From contig CAWBKP010000014.1 in NCBI GenBank assembly GCA_963789395.1, forward strand, positions 160,001 to 224,000: a stretch of DNA of 64,000 nt. Reading direction: 5' to 3'. Positions 20,718 to 30,562 of the stretch are shown one piece after another. This stretch comes from an uncultured delta proteobacterium. GTDB taxonomy: Bacteria > Desulfobacterota > Desulfobacteria > Desulfobacterales > Desulfatirhabdiaceae. Numbering within the stretch: position 1 is the stretch's first letter; every line of letters starts with the position of its first letter. Both the position numbers and the translations under genes were made by a program. The notes below the pieces were generated by a model that did not search any database, had not been told where the DNA came from, and saw nothing but the letters and a program-made list of their open reading frames with translations.

Positions 20718-20873
20718 TTGAAAAGCGATTCCAGCCTGTTAAAATGCGTACCGCTGATCTGACGCATAGCCGCGCGATGGATGTGCACGGCAGTTAAACG
20801 GTCGCAAAAAGCCTACCTGTCCGGAGTTTAGGAGTCAGATGTCTTTACAAAATTTATTACGGCTAAAAATTAT

Positions 20874-20938
20874 TGATTGCCATTCATTTTTTTCTTGATT
20901 ATACTTTGCGAACATTATATTCGTTTAGCGAACTTAAT
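20874..20938 (+). promoter_or_regulatory. Sigma70-type promoter and IclR-type operator for the TRAP operon
   Basis: TTGCCA-17-TATACT (20877-20905) followed by CGAACATTATATTCGTTTAGCGAAC. Confidence 0.7.
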
Positions 20939-21239
20939 GAAACTGAAACCAGGTTGAACAAGACCGATCGACTTCCAATCAGTCAAATATCCCCGTTCCA
21001 GGAATAGGCGGCGGCAGAGCAAACACCAAAATATCTGGTTTGAAGGTTATGGTCGCGATTGACATACGATACAGCGGCGAGCCGATTTCAAAATGTTTCA
21101 GTTTGGTCGCTGTAACAAAATGGCATACGCAAGTGGGCGGCTTTTTTTATAGAGAATATCGCCCCTGTTTTTTGTTTGATAACTTGGCTTTTGTTCGCGT
21201 CTTTTTTACCCTAATGACCCCTAACTGGAGGAGAAAGAA

Positions 21240-22298
21240 ATGAGAATCAAGTTCAAAATCGTACTGCCTGTTTTATTTCTGACTTTGATTTTGGCCGGCC
21301 AGGCTTCAGCCAAAATCACATTGACCTATAACCAGTATTTTCCGCCGACGCACATGGCGTCGCAGCTTTCCGATGCCTGGTGCAAGGAAATCGAGAAACG
21401 AACGAACGGCGAGGTTCAGTTCCAGTTTTATGCCGGAGGACAACTCCTAAAGGCCCAGCAGGTTTTTGATGGCGTGGTGCGTGGCATCGCGGATATCGGT
21501 TTTTCCAATCTGGCTTATACCCGCGGTCTTTTTCCGGAGATGGAAATTTGCGATCTTCCCCTGGGAATGCCGTCTGCCTGGGTAGCGACACACGTAGCCG
21601 ATGCGTATTACAAAAAGTATCAACCCAAGGAATTCGACAAGGTTAAAGTACTGAATTTTTCGGCTTGCGGACCGAATCTGGTCTCCACAACGAGCCAGCC
21701 GGTTCGAACATTACAGGATCTTAAGGGACAAACGCTGCGCGCCACGGGCAGGATCGCCGACACGGCCACCGCTTTGGGCGCAACCTCACGGCCCATGGAG
21801 ATTGGTGAAACCTACGAGGCGATCAGCCACAACGTCATCTCCGGCGTCATGCTGCCGCTGGAGACGATGAAAGGCTTCCGCCTGGGCGAACTGCTGAAAT
21901 ATTGCACCGCGGACTGGCAGGTCGGGAACGTATATACATTTTATGCGGTCATGAACAAGGACAAGTGGAAATCGCTGCCGGACAATATCAAGAAAGTCTT
22001 TGAAGAAGTTAACGCCGAGTGGGTCGAAAAATGGGCGCAGGGTTGGAACGATATCGATCGTGGCGGCGCCGAGTATTTCAAGAGCAAGGGGGGGACCGTT
22101 ATCCAACTGTCGGATGAAGAAGCCGCGCTGTGGACCAAAGCCGTTGAGCCGGTCATAGAAACATATATCACTGAAATGGTCGCAAAAGGACTTTCCCAGG
22201 AAGAGCTCAAATCCCGAATGAATTTTATTCGCCAGACGCGAGATGAAAGAATGAAAGAGCAGAAAATGAAGCGTATCCCCATGCCTTATACGGAGTAA
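21240..22298 (+). CDS. dctP: TRAP transporter substrate-binding protein
   Basis: Signal peptide (ASA-K), EKRTNGEV, GQLL, PVRTLQDLKGQTLR and NKDKWKSLP. Confidence 0.92.
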   Translation: MRIKFKIVLPVLFLTLILAGQASAKITLTYNQYFPPTHMASQLSDAWCKEIEKRTNGEVQFQFYAGGQLLKAQQVFDGVVRGIADIGFSNLAYTRGLFPEMEICDLPLGMPSAWVATHVADAYYKKYQPKEFDKVKVLNFSACGPNLVSTTSQPVRTLQDLKGQTLRATGRIADTATALGATSRPMEIGETYEAISHNVISGVMLPLETMKGFRLGELLKYCTADWQVGNVYTFYAVMNKDKWKSLPDNIKKVFEEVNAEWVEKWAQGWNDIDRGGAEYFKSKGGTVIQLSDEEAALWTKAVEPVIETYITEMVAKGLSQEELKSRMNFIRQTRDERMKEQKMKRIPMPYTE

Positions 22299-22315
22299 TC
22301 TCCCAAAAGCGTGCG

Positions 22316-22343
22316 ACGGCGTCCGGCTATCTCCGGACGCCGT
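22316..22343 (+). terminator. Intercistronic hairpin after dctP
   Basis: ACGGCGTCCGG-N6-CCGGACGCCGT perfect 11-bp stem with no U tract, so more likely mRNA-stabilising than terminating. Confidence 0.55.
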
Positions 22344-22378
22344 GATCATTCATCTCATCGGCATACAAGGAATTCACT

Positions 22379-22864
22379 ATGCGTCTTATCAATCAGTGGG
22401 CACTGAAGCTCAGTATCTGGGGAGAATGGATCGGAACCTTCGGAATCATCGTCATGGTCATCACCACATGTGCCGATATCCTGGGCGCAAAGCTGTTTAA
22501 TTGGCCCGTTTCCGGATCCACCGAAATCGTCAGCCTGGTGCAATTGGCGACGCTTGTCTTTGCAGTGGCGTCGACTCAACGGTACCGGGGTCATATCAGT
22601 GTTGAGATGTTCGTTGACAAAATGCCATCCCGGGTTCGTGCAGCCACCAAAGTCCTGATTTCGCTGCTGGGGGTGCTTTTGTTTTTACTCCTGTTTTACG
22701 AAGGAATTCATTTGGGCAATTTCTATTTTTCCTCCGGCGAAAAAACCGCAACGGCTCAAATACCGCTTTATCCGTTTGCCTATGCGTTTTCCATTGCGAT
22801 GATTCCCATCGCAATGATGATGTCGGTTGATTTTTCTGAAGCGATCAAGGAGGTATTTGCCTGA
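22379..22864 (+). CDS. dctQ: TRAP transporter small permease
   Basis: 161 aa, 4 TM, PVSGSTEIV and GHISVEMF. Confidence 0.9.
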   Translation: MRLINQWALKLSIWGEWIGTFGIIVMVITTCADILGAKLFNWPVSGSTEIVSLVQLATLVFAVASTQRYRGHISVEMFVDKMPSRVRAATKVLISLLGVLLFLLLFYEGIHLGNFYFSSGEKTATAQIPLYPFAYAFSIAMIPIAMMMSVDFSEAIKEVFA

Positions 22865-22944
22865 TGGATCCTGTTATAACCGGAATAGTGGGCATTTTCG
22901 CAATGCTTTTTTTCTATGAAAACAATAAACGGTTGTATTTGACT

Positions 22945-24702
22945 TCAAATTGCATTGAGTAAAATATTTCTGAGTGTTAGCGGGAACGCTGGTTGATTTA
23001 TCATTTTTTGTATGGGCTTTGGTACTCGTTCATTTGATTGTTCCTTATTGGTCATAAGATTGCGAGCCTCTTGGGCATCAATCTGTGCAAAGACTTCTTC
23101 AAGTGTAGGCTTACCATTCAACAGTAGTTTCATGTAGAATGGATTTTGAAGATTTTTCACCAATGGGGTATCAGCCAGAATCGTCTGCAACATCTTACCC
23201 ATTGAGTTGTTGCCGGTTTTTTTGCGATACCCCCGTTTAAAATCTCGAAAAAATCGCTCCAATAGATTATTGGTGCGCTGGGGCTGCAGTATGATGGCGC
23301 CACCATCGGAAGTGTAAACCTTAATCGGATCGCAGAACAGTTTCTGCCAGTATTTGTCGATCTGTGCCACCAGTTTGACATAATCTGGGTTCTTTGAAAA
23401 TGTGGGTTCACTGGTGGTCTTTTCTCGAAATTGACGCACTCGGGTTTCAATGTCGCCGATATTGTCGTCTGTGCCATCATCATTTAGCCCCTTGGTTGAG
23501 TTTTCAGGGGCAATCCGCATGGCTTGGCGAAGCTCAGAAAACTTGTCCTGTTTGATTTTCATCGTCGCCATTGCCGATTTCAAGTTGATGTCATCAATGA
23601 TCGGTTGAAGCTCTTTTTTAAGCTTCAGAAAGACTGCATCGCTGTGATGATTGCCGATGGTTGTTATCTCCTGGTAAACGGTGAATAGCCTTTCTGCAAA
23701 GCCAAGGTGCGGGCAATCGAAAGGAAAGCCGTAACCATTATGGACATTCCGCAGTGCCCATTGGAGGAGGCTGTAGCAGCCAATGGCAGCAACCATATCC
23801 TTGGATAAGGCTGGCAACTGATCGCTGCTGACGCCAATTTTCAACATGCTTGCTGCCTTGGGGCTGCTGTCTATAGCCTTTCTGATAGACCTGGTTCTTC
23901 GCCTGAGAATTGCTCGTATCCCATGAACTTTAAGTCGATTGCGGATCAAGTCATATTCAATTCCAAACAGATCCTTGCCGATATCCCTTAAAAAGTGAAA
24001 ATGACAGATATAATCCGGTGTTCCGGGAAAGACAGAAGCCACGGCTTTAAGAATGCCCCGGCCCATATCGTGTACAATGGCTATCGGAATACCAAAGAGT
24101 TTTCGGATCTTTTCCAAAAAGGGGATTATTTCTTCTGCCTTCTCCGATGGCAGCTTGATATTTCCCAGAACAATTTCACTGATTGAATCCAGACCGCTCA
24201 TCAATACCGGCCCATTACCGTCACAGGTTCCATCCAGATGCAGAATATATCCACCCCGATGGCGGCGCATCCTGTCTTGGATAGCGTGGGCTCTTTGATA
24301 GTGAGCAAGGGATAGATAAATGATGAATTTTCTGCCCAGATACGCGATTTGGCTGGCACTGATGCAAATATTTCGCAAGGCCAGTTCATCAATTACCTGC
24401 CCTTGCGAGCAATGCCTGAGAAACAGGGCTTTTCCGACATGTACCATGACGTCATAACCGAATTTGCACCTTTTGGAAACCAGGCTGGATAGTTGCTCAG
24501 ATTCATACCGTTTTTTGCAGCCTGAACATTCCATCAGCCGCTCATGGCTGATGAATTCACCAAGATGCAGCGTAACAACCGGTTTACTGCGGCTTTTGTA
24601 AACTTTAAGATGACCGCCGCATTGACAACAACCAAGCTCAGGTGCAAAATCGACTACCGGTGGCTTCGGGAAAAAGCCAAGCGGAGAACCCAGATTGACC
24701 AA
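22945..24702 (-). CDS. DDE transposase (OrfB)
   Basis: N-terminal CxxC pairs. HLDGT (D), VHDMG (D), CHFH and RTNNLLERFF (E), as in IS256/ISL3/Mutator-type enzymes. Confidence 0.88.
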   Translation of the reverse strand: MVNLGSPLGFFPKPPVVDFAPELGCCQCGGHLKVYKSRSKPVVTLHLGEFISHERLMECSGCKKRYESEQLSSLVSKRCKFGYDVMVHVGKALFLRHCSQGQVIDELALRNICISASQIAYLGRKFIIYLSLAHYQRAHAIQDRMRRHRGGYILHLDGTCDGNGPVLMSGLDSISEIVLGNIKLPSEKAEEIIPFLEKIRKLFGIPIAIVHDMGRGILKAVASVFPGTPDYICHFHFLRDIGKDLFGIEYDLIRNRLKVHGIRAILRRRTRSIRKAIDSSPKAASMLKIGVSSDQLPALSKDMVAAIGCYSLLQWALRNVHNGYGFPFDCPHLGFAERLFTVYQEITTIGNHHSDAVFLKLKKELQPIIDDINLKSAMATMKIKQDKFSELRQAMRIAPENSTKGLNDDGTDDNIGDIETRVRQFREKTTSEPTFSKNPDYVKLVAQIDKYWQKLFCDPIKVYTSDGGAIILQPQRTNNLLERFFRDFKRGYRKKTGNNSMGKMLQTILADTPLVKNLQNPFYMKLLLNGKPTLEEVFAQIDAQEARNLMTNKEQSNERVPKPIQKMINQPAFPLTLRNILLNAI

Positions 24703-24728
24703 CCGACTGCAATATTCTGTGAAAGCGG

Positions 24729-25394
24729 CTATGATTTCAAATCCAATGGCATTTTTTTTAAACCGTGCTGTTCAAACAGAGTTTTGATTTGATTCGGCTC
24801 AACACGGATATTCATCTTATTTTTCAGATTGGCTGATATCTCAATGGAGCTGAGCGAAGGATCGTTGATAAATTCCACGAGCACCCGGACAGCGACCTCA
24901 GGACTGATCGAACTGAGTGGAACTTTATCCACAGAAGCCGTACAAGTCATCCGTTGGCAGTTATTAATATGTTTGTCAGCGGACAAATAGACAAACTCAG
25001 TCTTCGGTTTGAACCGATCAATCCTGCCCTTCTGGTACATCTGGGTCAACACCGCTCGGCAGTCGGTGGCAAGCATACTGCAAAGGGCACCTGCCGGGAA
25101 TCCGCTGCGGGAGTTATCAATGATATACAGGATGGTATTGGTCAATGTGCCACGTTTAGAAAAACCAATTTCATCATGCTGCCAAAGACCGAAGGCATTG
25201 AAAACCGGGATATCCTTGAGCGTGTACCATCTGCCGTTATGGGTGTAGCTGCGGTAATAGCCTACCTGCAACAGAAGACGCCTGACGGAAATAACAGCAT
25301 AGTTCAATTTGCCGGCCAGTTCATCGATTTGCCAGCACTTTTTGTCAAAGAACAGTCGGCCTAAAAGATCGGCGGTCTTTTGTAAAGGAGCCAT
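24729..25394 (-). CDS. IS accessory DNA-binding protein (OrfA)
   Basis: 221 aa with a GAGGTG RBS and HTH-like N-terminus (IDELAGKLNYAVISVRRLL). Ends just after HGLKK encoded over an A8 run. Confidence 0.8.
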   Translation of the reverse strand: MAPLQKTADLLGRLFFDKKCWQIDELAGKLNYAVISVRRLLLQVGYYRSYTHNGRWYTLKDIPVFNAFGLWQHDEIGFSKRGTLTNTILYIIDNSRSGFPAGALCSMLATDCRAVLTQMYQKGRIDRFKPKTEFVYLSADKHINNCQRMTCTASVDKVPLSSISPEVAVRVLVEFINDPSLSSIEISANLKNKMNIRVEPNQIKTLFEQHGLKKMPLDLKS

Positions 25395-25405
25395 GAGCCA
25401 CCTCG

Positions 25406-25479
25406 ATGATAAAGTATAAATAATATTTCAAATTAAGCAAAAATAATTTATACTTTATCATATCTGTGTCCTATGTCAA
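25406..25479 (-). promoter_or_regulatory. IS promoter with a 16-bp inverted repeat
   Basis: TTGACA-16-TAAAGT with a TG extension on the minus strand. Perfect IR ATGATAAAGTATAAAT / ATTTATACTTTATCAT (25406-25421, 25446-25461). Confidence 0.65.
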
Positions 25480-26936
25480 CAACATGCTGCCGAAGGCCCT
25501 ATTGTTTAAAATATTCATAAATTCAAATCGTTAATAATATTGCTACCTGTCTGGGGTATGAGTAATTTTGAAGTCATTTATTGATCAAGTATGAAATTAA
25601 AAGCACAATAACTAATTGAAATTATTTTGTACAACCGTTAATTGTGATAATGCTTTTTTTGTTCATTATCAATATGCCCATCTCCTTTGCCATGGCAATC
25701 GTCGGATTTTTCGGCTTCGCCTATATTATCAACTGGAATGCCGCCGTTTCGCTGCTGACCCGCGATGTATTTTCCACGCTGTCAAATTACTCTCTCAACG
25801 TCATCGTCCTTTTCGTTTTGATGGGCTCATTCGCCTTCGCCTCCGGAATGAGCTCCCGGTTATACAATTCCGCGCACAAGCTTACCGGAAGGTTGCCCGG
25901 CGGCCTGGCAGTGGCAACCATCCTTGCCTGCAGCGGCTTTGCGGCTATCTGCGGCTCAACCGCAGCAACCGCGGCGACCATCGGCAGAGTGGCACTACCG
26001 GAGATGAAGCGATTCGGCTATTCCCAGAAACTGGCCACGGGGTGTATCGCCTCCTCCGGCACCATCGGCATTATGATACCGCCATCCACGATCTTTATCG
26101 TCTATGGTATTCTGACCGAAATGTCCATTGGCGAGCTGTTTGCTTCCGGCGTAATCCCGGGTATTGTGCTGACCTCTGTTTTTCATTCTTGTCGTGTTCA
26201 TCATCGCCTTTAAAGATAAAAACGCCGTTCCTGCCGGACAAAGCAGCACGTTTGCCGAAAAGCTGACATCGCTCTGGCAGATCGCGGATATTTTTTTACT
26301 GTTTGCCGTCTCCATCGGCGGATTGTTTCTCGGCTGGTTCAGCCCGAATCAGGCCGCGGGTGTCGGCGCTGCCGGTGCGTTGATGGTTGGCCTGTTTCAC
26401 CGGGAACTGAGCTGGAAGAAATTTACGGCAGCCACCCGAGAGGGACTTCGAACAGCCTGTATGATTATGCTCCTCATCGCAGGCGCCTCGGTTTTCGGGA
26501 AATTCATGGCGGTCACGACCATACCGGCCCAGCTGTCGACCTGGATCTCGGTGCTGCCGTTGCCCCCCATGGCAATCATGTTTCTCATCTGCATCATGCT
26601 TTTTATCGGCGGGTGTTTTATCGATGCCATGGCACTCATTATGCTTGTCATACCGATCCTTTATCCGGTTGTCCTTCAGCTCCACTATGATCCGATTTGG
26701 TTTGGCGTCGTAATCGTTTTGATCAGCCAGATCGCGGTCGTCACGCCGCCGGTGGGCGTCAACGTATATGTCCTGAAAGGAATTGCACCGGATGTTCCCA
26801 TCTCGGACATCTTTCAGGGCACATTTCCGTTCCTGGCGGCCATGGTTGTTCTCTTGATTCTGGTGGTTATTTTCCCCGACCTGGTTCTGTGGTTTCCACG
26901 CCTTTTTTACGCCAATTGACAGAACCGCTTTTTTTG

Positions 26937-26994
26937 TTGACATTCGCGGCGTGGTTGTTTAGTATAAAATACAGTTGTTTTTTATACAGAACGA
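26937..26994 (+). promoter_or_regulatory. Promoter and tandem operators for the IclR/Mo-oxidoreductase operon
   Basis: TTGACA-17-TAGTAT (26937-26965) overlapped by two adjacent 20-bp imperfect palindromes (26955-26974, 26975-26994). Confidence 0.6.
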
Positions 26995-27007
26995 CAGGAC
27001 ACCCCGA

Positions 27008-27763
27008 ATGTCAACATTTACAAAAGTTCCGGCAATATATAAATGCTTTGCCATCCTGGACTTATTGGCCAAGTCCAAGACTTCTCCCGGTATCAGCGAA
27101 ATCGCCAGACAACTCGATCTGAATAAGAGCACGGTCTGCAACACGATCCATTCCCTTGTCGATCTGGGCGTGATGGAATTTCAGCCGGACGGCAAATTTG
27201 TTTTCGGTCCGCGCTTTTACGTCTTAGGCAACATGGCCGGCCAACGCTCCGAACTCCTTCAAATTGCACGTCCGTATTTAACTGCCATCAACGAACACAC
27301 AAAGCTTTCGGCTTTTTTGGGCATTCGATCCAACCTCAACACCATTCTTATCGACAAAGTTGATTCCGCGCTTGAAATCAAGGTGTCTTCGGAAATCGGC
27401 ATGCAGATGCCGCCGCTTGCAGGAGCCGGGATAAAGGCCATGCTTTCTCAGCTTTCCGAACAGGAACTCGACGAGATATTATCCCAAAGCGAACTTACCC
27501 GGTTCACGCCGAACTCCATCGTTAATAAAGCAGATTATAAAAAGGAAATTATCGGGGTCGGGCAGGCCGGCATCGCTTTTGACCGGGAAGAATATATTGA
27601 AGGACTCATCGCCATTGCCATTCCTGTTCAGACATACGGCAACAGTATTCAAGCCGCCATATGGATCGTTGGCCTGAAACGGCAGATGCCGGAAAATCTG
27701 ATGCAGCGGCATGCACAGTATTTGAAAAATATCGGAGAGAAGATAAATATTCGTTATCAATGA
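27008..27763 (+). CDS. IclR family transcriptional regulator
   Basis: KVPAIYKCFAIL...LNKSTV HTH, GIAFDREEYIEG. ATG at 27008 after AGGA. Confidence 0.92.
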   Translation: MSTFTKVPAIYKCFAILDLLAKSKTSPGISEIARQLDLNKSTVCNTIHSLVDLGVMEFQPDGKFVFGPRFYVLGNMAGQRSELLQIARPYLTAINEHTKLSAFLGIRSNLNTILIDKVDSALEIKVSSEIGMQMPPLAGAGIKAMLSQLSEQELDEILSQSELTRFTPNSIVNKADYKKEIIGVGQAGIAFDREEYIEGLIAIAIPVQTYGNSIQAAIWIVGLKRQMPENLMQRHAQYLKNIGEKINIRYQ

Positions 27764-27801
27764 AATAATTAACTTAGAAAAAATATAACAGGAGGGTTGC
27801 A

Positions 27802-29853
27802 ATGTCCCATAACACAAAAAAAGTATACAGCGGATTGTACGCTTTGCTACCATAGTTGTGGAACCGTAGTAATGGTCGATGACGGAGGCCGTCTAAAGTG
27901 GAAGGGCACAAATCCCACCCCCTGAACAAGGGGATCTTTGCCCCAAGGGAGAGGCCGCCCTGGAGCACATTTACAGTCCCGAACGGCTGAAACACCCTTT
28001 GAAGCGGGTCAATGGCCGATTCGAGCAGATCGGTTGGGATCAGGCGCTGGATGAGATCGCGGACAAATTGCTGCAACTTAAAGGCAGCGTATGGTCCCCA
28101 GGTTCTGGGTGTTTTCAGCGGATCGATCGGCGTGGAAAATCTCGAAATGGCCGGACTGACGCAGCGGTTCAAAGCAGCCTTCGGATCTCCCAATTTCTTC
28201 TCGGTGGAAAGCGTATGCTACCGGATGCGCATTCGAACCCGCCAAATCACTTTCGGGAAATACCCGACCGAAGAACTGGATTCCAAGCTTTATATTCTTT
28301 GGGGCCACAATCCGGAGGCCTCCGATTTTCCCTTGAAGCTGGCCATGGAAAGAAATCTGGCACAGGGTTCAAAGCTCGTGGTGGTCGATCCCCGCCGCAT
28401 CCCTTTGGCGGACAAGGCGGAAATGTATCTGCGCATCCGGCCCGGAACAGATGGCGCGATGGCGCTGGCCATGATTCATGTCATCATCAACGAAAATCTG
28501 TATGACAAAGAATTTGTGGAGGCATATACCCTCGGGTTTGACAAACTGGTCGATCACATTCAAAAATACACGCCGGAGTGGGCCGAAAACATAACGTGGG
28601 TGCCTGCAGAGCAAATCCGAAGCCTTGCCCGCCTGTTTGCGACAACAAAAGGCGCCGGCATTTATCAGGGAACCTGCACGCAAGACCAGACCGCCAACGG
28701 CACCCAGAGCAGCCGGGCCTTTTCCGTGCTGCAGTCAATCACCGGGAATATCAATGTTCCCGGAGGCTGGGTCGTCAGCCCCCGTCTGGCTTTCGGAAAC
28801 GTGGGCCTAAAGGTCGAGGGCGAGCCGCTCGGCGCGGATCAATTCCCCTTGTTTTTCGAGGTCTGGGGCCGCAAAAGCCCCTATGGTGTCGTCACGGTGG
28901 TGCCGGAAAGCATCCCCGATAAGTTAAAAGCGTTTTATGTGGTTGGCGGAAACCCCTTAATGTCCATGCCGGACAGCAATGCCTTCACGGAGGCGTTTAA
29001 AAAGCTAGAGCTGTTGGTCGTTCATGACATGGTCATGACCGAAACCGCTCAGTTAGCCCATTATGTTTTGCCGGCATGCTCACATCTTGAAAAATGGGGG
29101 GTGGCATATACCTATAACGTCTGCCATTGCCTCCCTTTCCTGATGCTTCGCAAAAAATGCATTGAACCGCTTCACGAAAGCAGGTCCGAATGGTGGGTGT
29201 ATACGGAACTGGCCAAAAGACTGGGACTGGAAGAGTTATTCCCCTGGAAATCCGAGGAGGAACTGGTGCGGTTCGAACTGGAGCCTTCCGGATTGTCGTT
29301 TGAATATCTTCTGAACGAAAAACCGGAGGGCGGGTTTTATCAAAACAAGGTGTACGAAATGAGCAACAATTTATTCCCGACGCCATCCAGAAAGATTGAA
29401 ATTTATAGTGATGCATTGGAGCATGTCGGCTTTGACCCCCTGCCGACCTACCAGGAGCCGCTGCGAAGTCCCATGAGCGCGGAGCTGGCATTTTTGGAAG
29501 AATATCCGTTAATACTCAGCACCGGAAACCGGAATTATTACTATACCCATAGTCAGCACCGCAATGTCAAAGCACTCAGAGATCAGGCCCCTGAACCGGA
29601 AATGGAAATCGGTGTGGAAACGGCAAAAAAATACGATTTAAAAACAGGGGACATGAGCATCATCAAAACCAACCGGGGACAGGTAAAAATGAAAGCAAGG
29701 GTTGATGACCGGATTGCGGAAGGCGTGGTCTTTGTGCCGCATGGCTGGCCGGAAGAGGCGAATGCCAACCTTCTTACCGATGTGACATGCCGGGAATGCA
29801 TCATGGGGTATCCAGATCAAAAATCACTCCTGTGCAATATAGGCAAAGCCTGA
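27802..29853 (+). CDS. Mo/W-bis-MGD oxidoreductase (DMSO reductase superfamily), several frameshifts in the first 300 nt
   Basis: Reassembled N-terminus DCTLCYHSCG...HPLNKG...CPKG...RLKHPLKR. Then WGHNP, VDPR, IRPGTDGA, TETAQLAHYVLPA and the C-terminal dinucleotide-binding domain. AGGAGG RBS. No Tat signal seen. Confidence 0.88.
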
Positions 29854-29901
29854 TGCAGGCTCTCTGAACGCCTGCCTGCAAGATCCGCTCAAACAGCATT
29901 C

Positions 29902-29941
29902 TCCCCCGGGAAATCACTGTTTCCCCGGGGGAATTTATTTT
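29902..29941 (+). terminator. Rho-independent terminator
   Basis: TCCCCCGGGAAA / TTTCCCCGGGGGA stem followed by ATTTATTTT. Confidence 0.7.
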
Positions 29942-30009
29942 AAAGACAGAACCGACTTCTAATTCCAATTTGCTTACCAAATGACATTCCCGCTAAAGGA
30001 GGAATCCGA

Positions 30010-30489
30010 ATGGCCATCATTTTTTCTGCGCGTGAAATTGCCGAAGCCGCGGTTGAAAAGGAAATAAAAAGAAAAGGATTTTATGCAACCGTTTACGAAT
30101 TGAGCACGAATACAGACATGAAAGACCTTTTTCAATTTCTGACGGAAGAGGAAGACAAGCATGTTGCAGCCTTTGTGAAACTCCGGGATAATCTGCCTGC
30201 TGAAATACAGCCTGAAGAGTACAATGAGGACATGGAGGCTTACATGGACTCTGTCATTGACGATCGCCTCTATTCCCATATCGATTCAAAGGAGTTTGTT
30301 CAGAAAGCCTTGAATGCCAGGGATGTCTTTCGTCTGGCCATCGGATTTGAGAAAGATGCGATTCTATACTTCAGAGAATTTTTGCCTTTTTTATCTGAAG
30401 CCGATCGGAAGGTCGTAGCGGAATTGATAGAACAGGAAAAAGGTCATATCCGAAAGCTTGCGGATTTACAGAAGCGGATGACTGAATAA
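30010..30489 (+). CDS. Ferritin-like (rubrerythrin-domain) protein
   Basis: AVEKE...FY, EEDKH, AIGFEKDAILYF and QEKGH di-iron motifs. AAGGAGG RBS. Confidence 0.88.
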   Translation: MAIIFSAREIAEAAVEKEIKRKGFYATVYELSTNTDMKDLFQFLTEEEDKHVAAFVKLRDNLPAEIQPEEYNEDMEAYMDSVIDDRLYSHIDSKEFVQKALNARDVFRLAIGFEKDAILYFREFLPFLSEADRKVVAELIEQEKGHIRKLADLQKRMTE

Positions 30490-30562
30490 CCCAACACAAA
30501 CAAAGGCGCCGTCAGCCCCTTGGGGTCTGCGACAGCCATCAAAAAAAGGCATTAATTTTCTT

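Larger units (their letters stand above)
22914..25648 (-). mobile_element. Two-ORF insertion sequence of about 2.7 kb
   Basis: Flanked by the direct repeat AATGCTTTTTTT (22902-22913, 25649-25660). Subterminal 15/16 inverted repeats (22922-22937, 25630-25645). Encodes a DDE transposase. Confidence 0.9.
22864..26919 (+). pseudogene. dctM: TRAP transporter large permease interrupted by an IS after about codon 16, with a further frameshift near 26180
   Basis: Removing 22914-25660 restores MDPVITGIVGIFAMLFLFIINMPISFAM in frame. GSTAATAA, IPPS and TPPVGVN DctM motifs follow. Confidence 0.88.

Noticed and set aside
21121..21136. Sigma54 promoter upstream of dctP
   Set aside because: TGGCAT is present but there is no TTGC at the -12 position.
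27802..27860. Early TAG in the Mo-enzyme as pyrrolysine or read-through
   Set aside because: The Cys motif DCTLCYHSC is in another frame, so a frameshift explains the stop.
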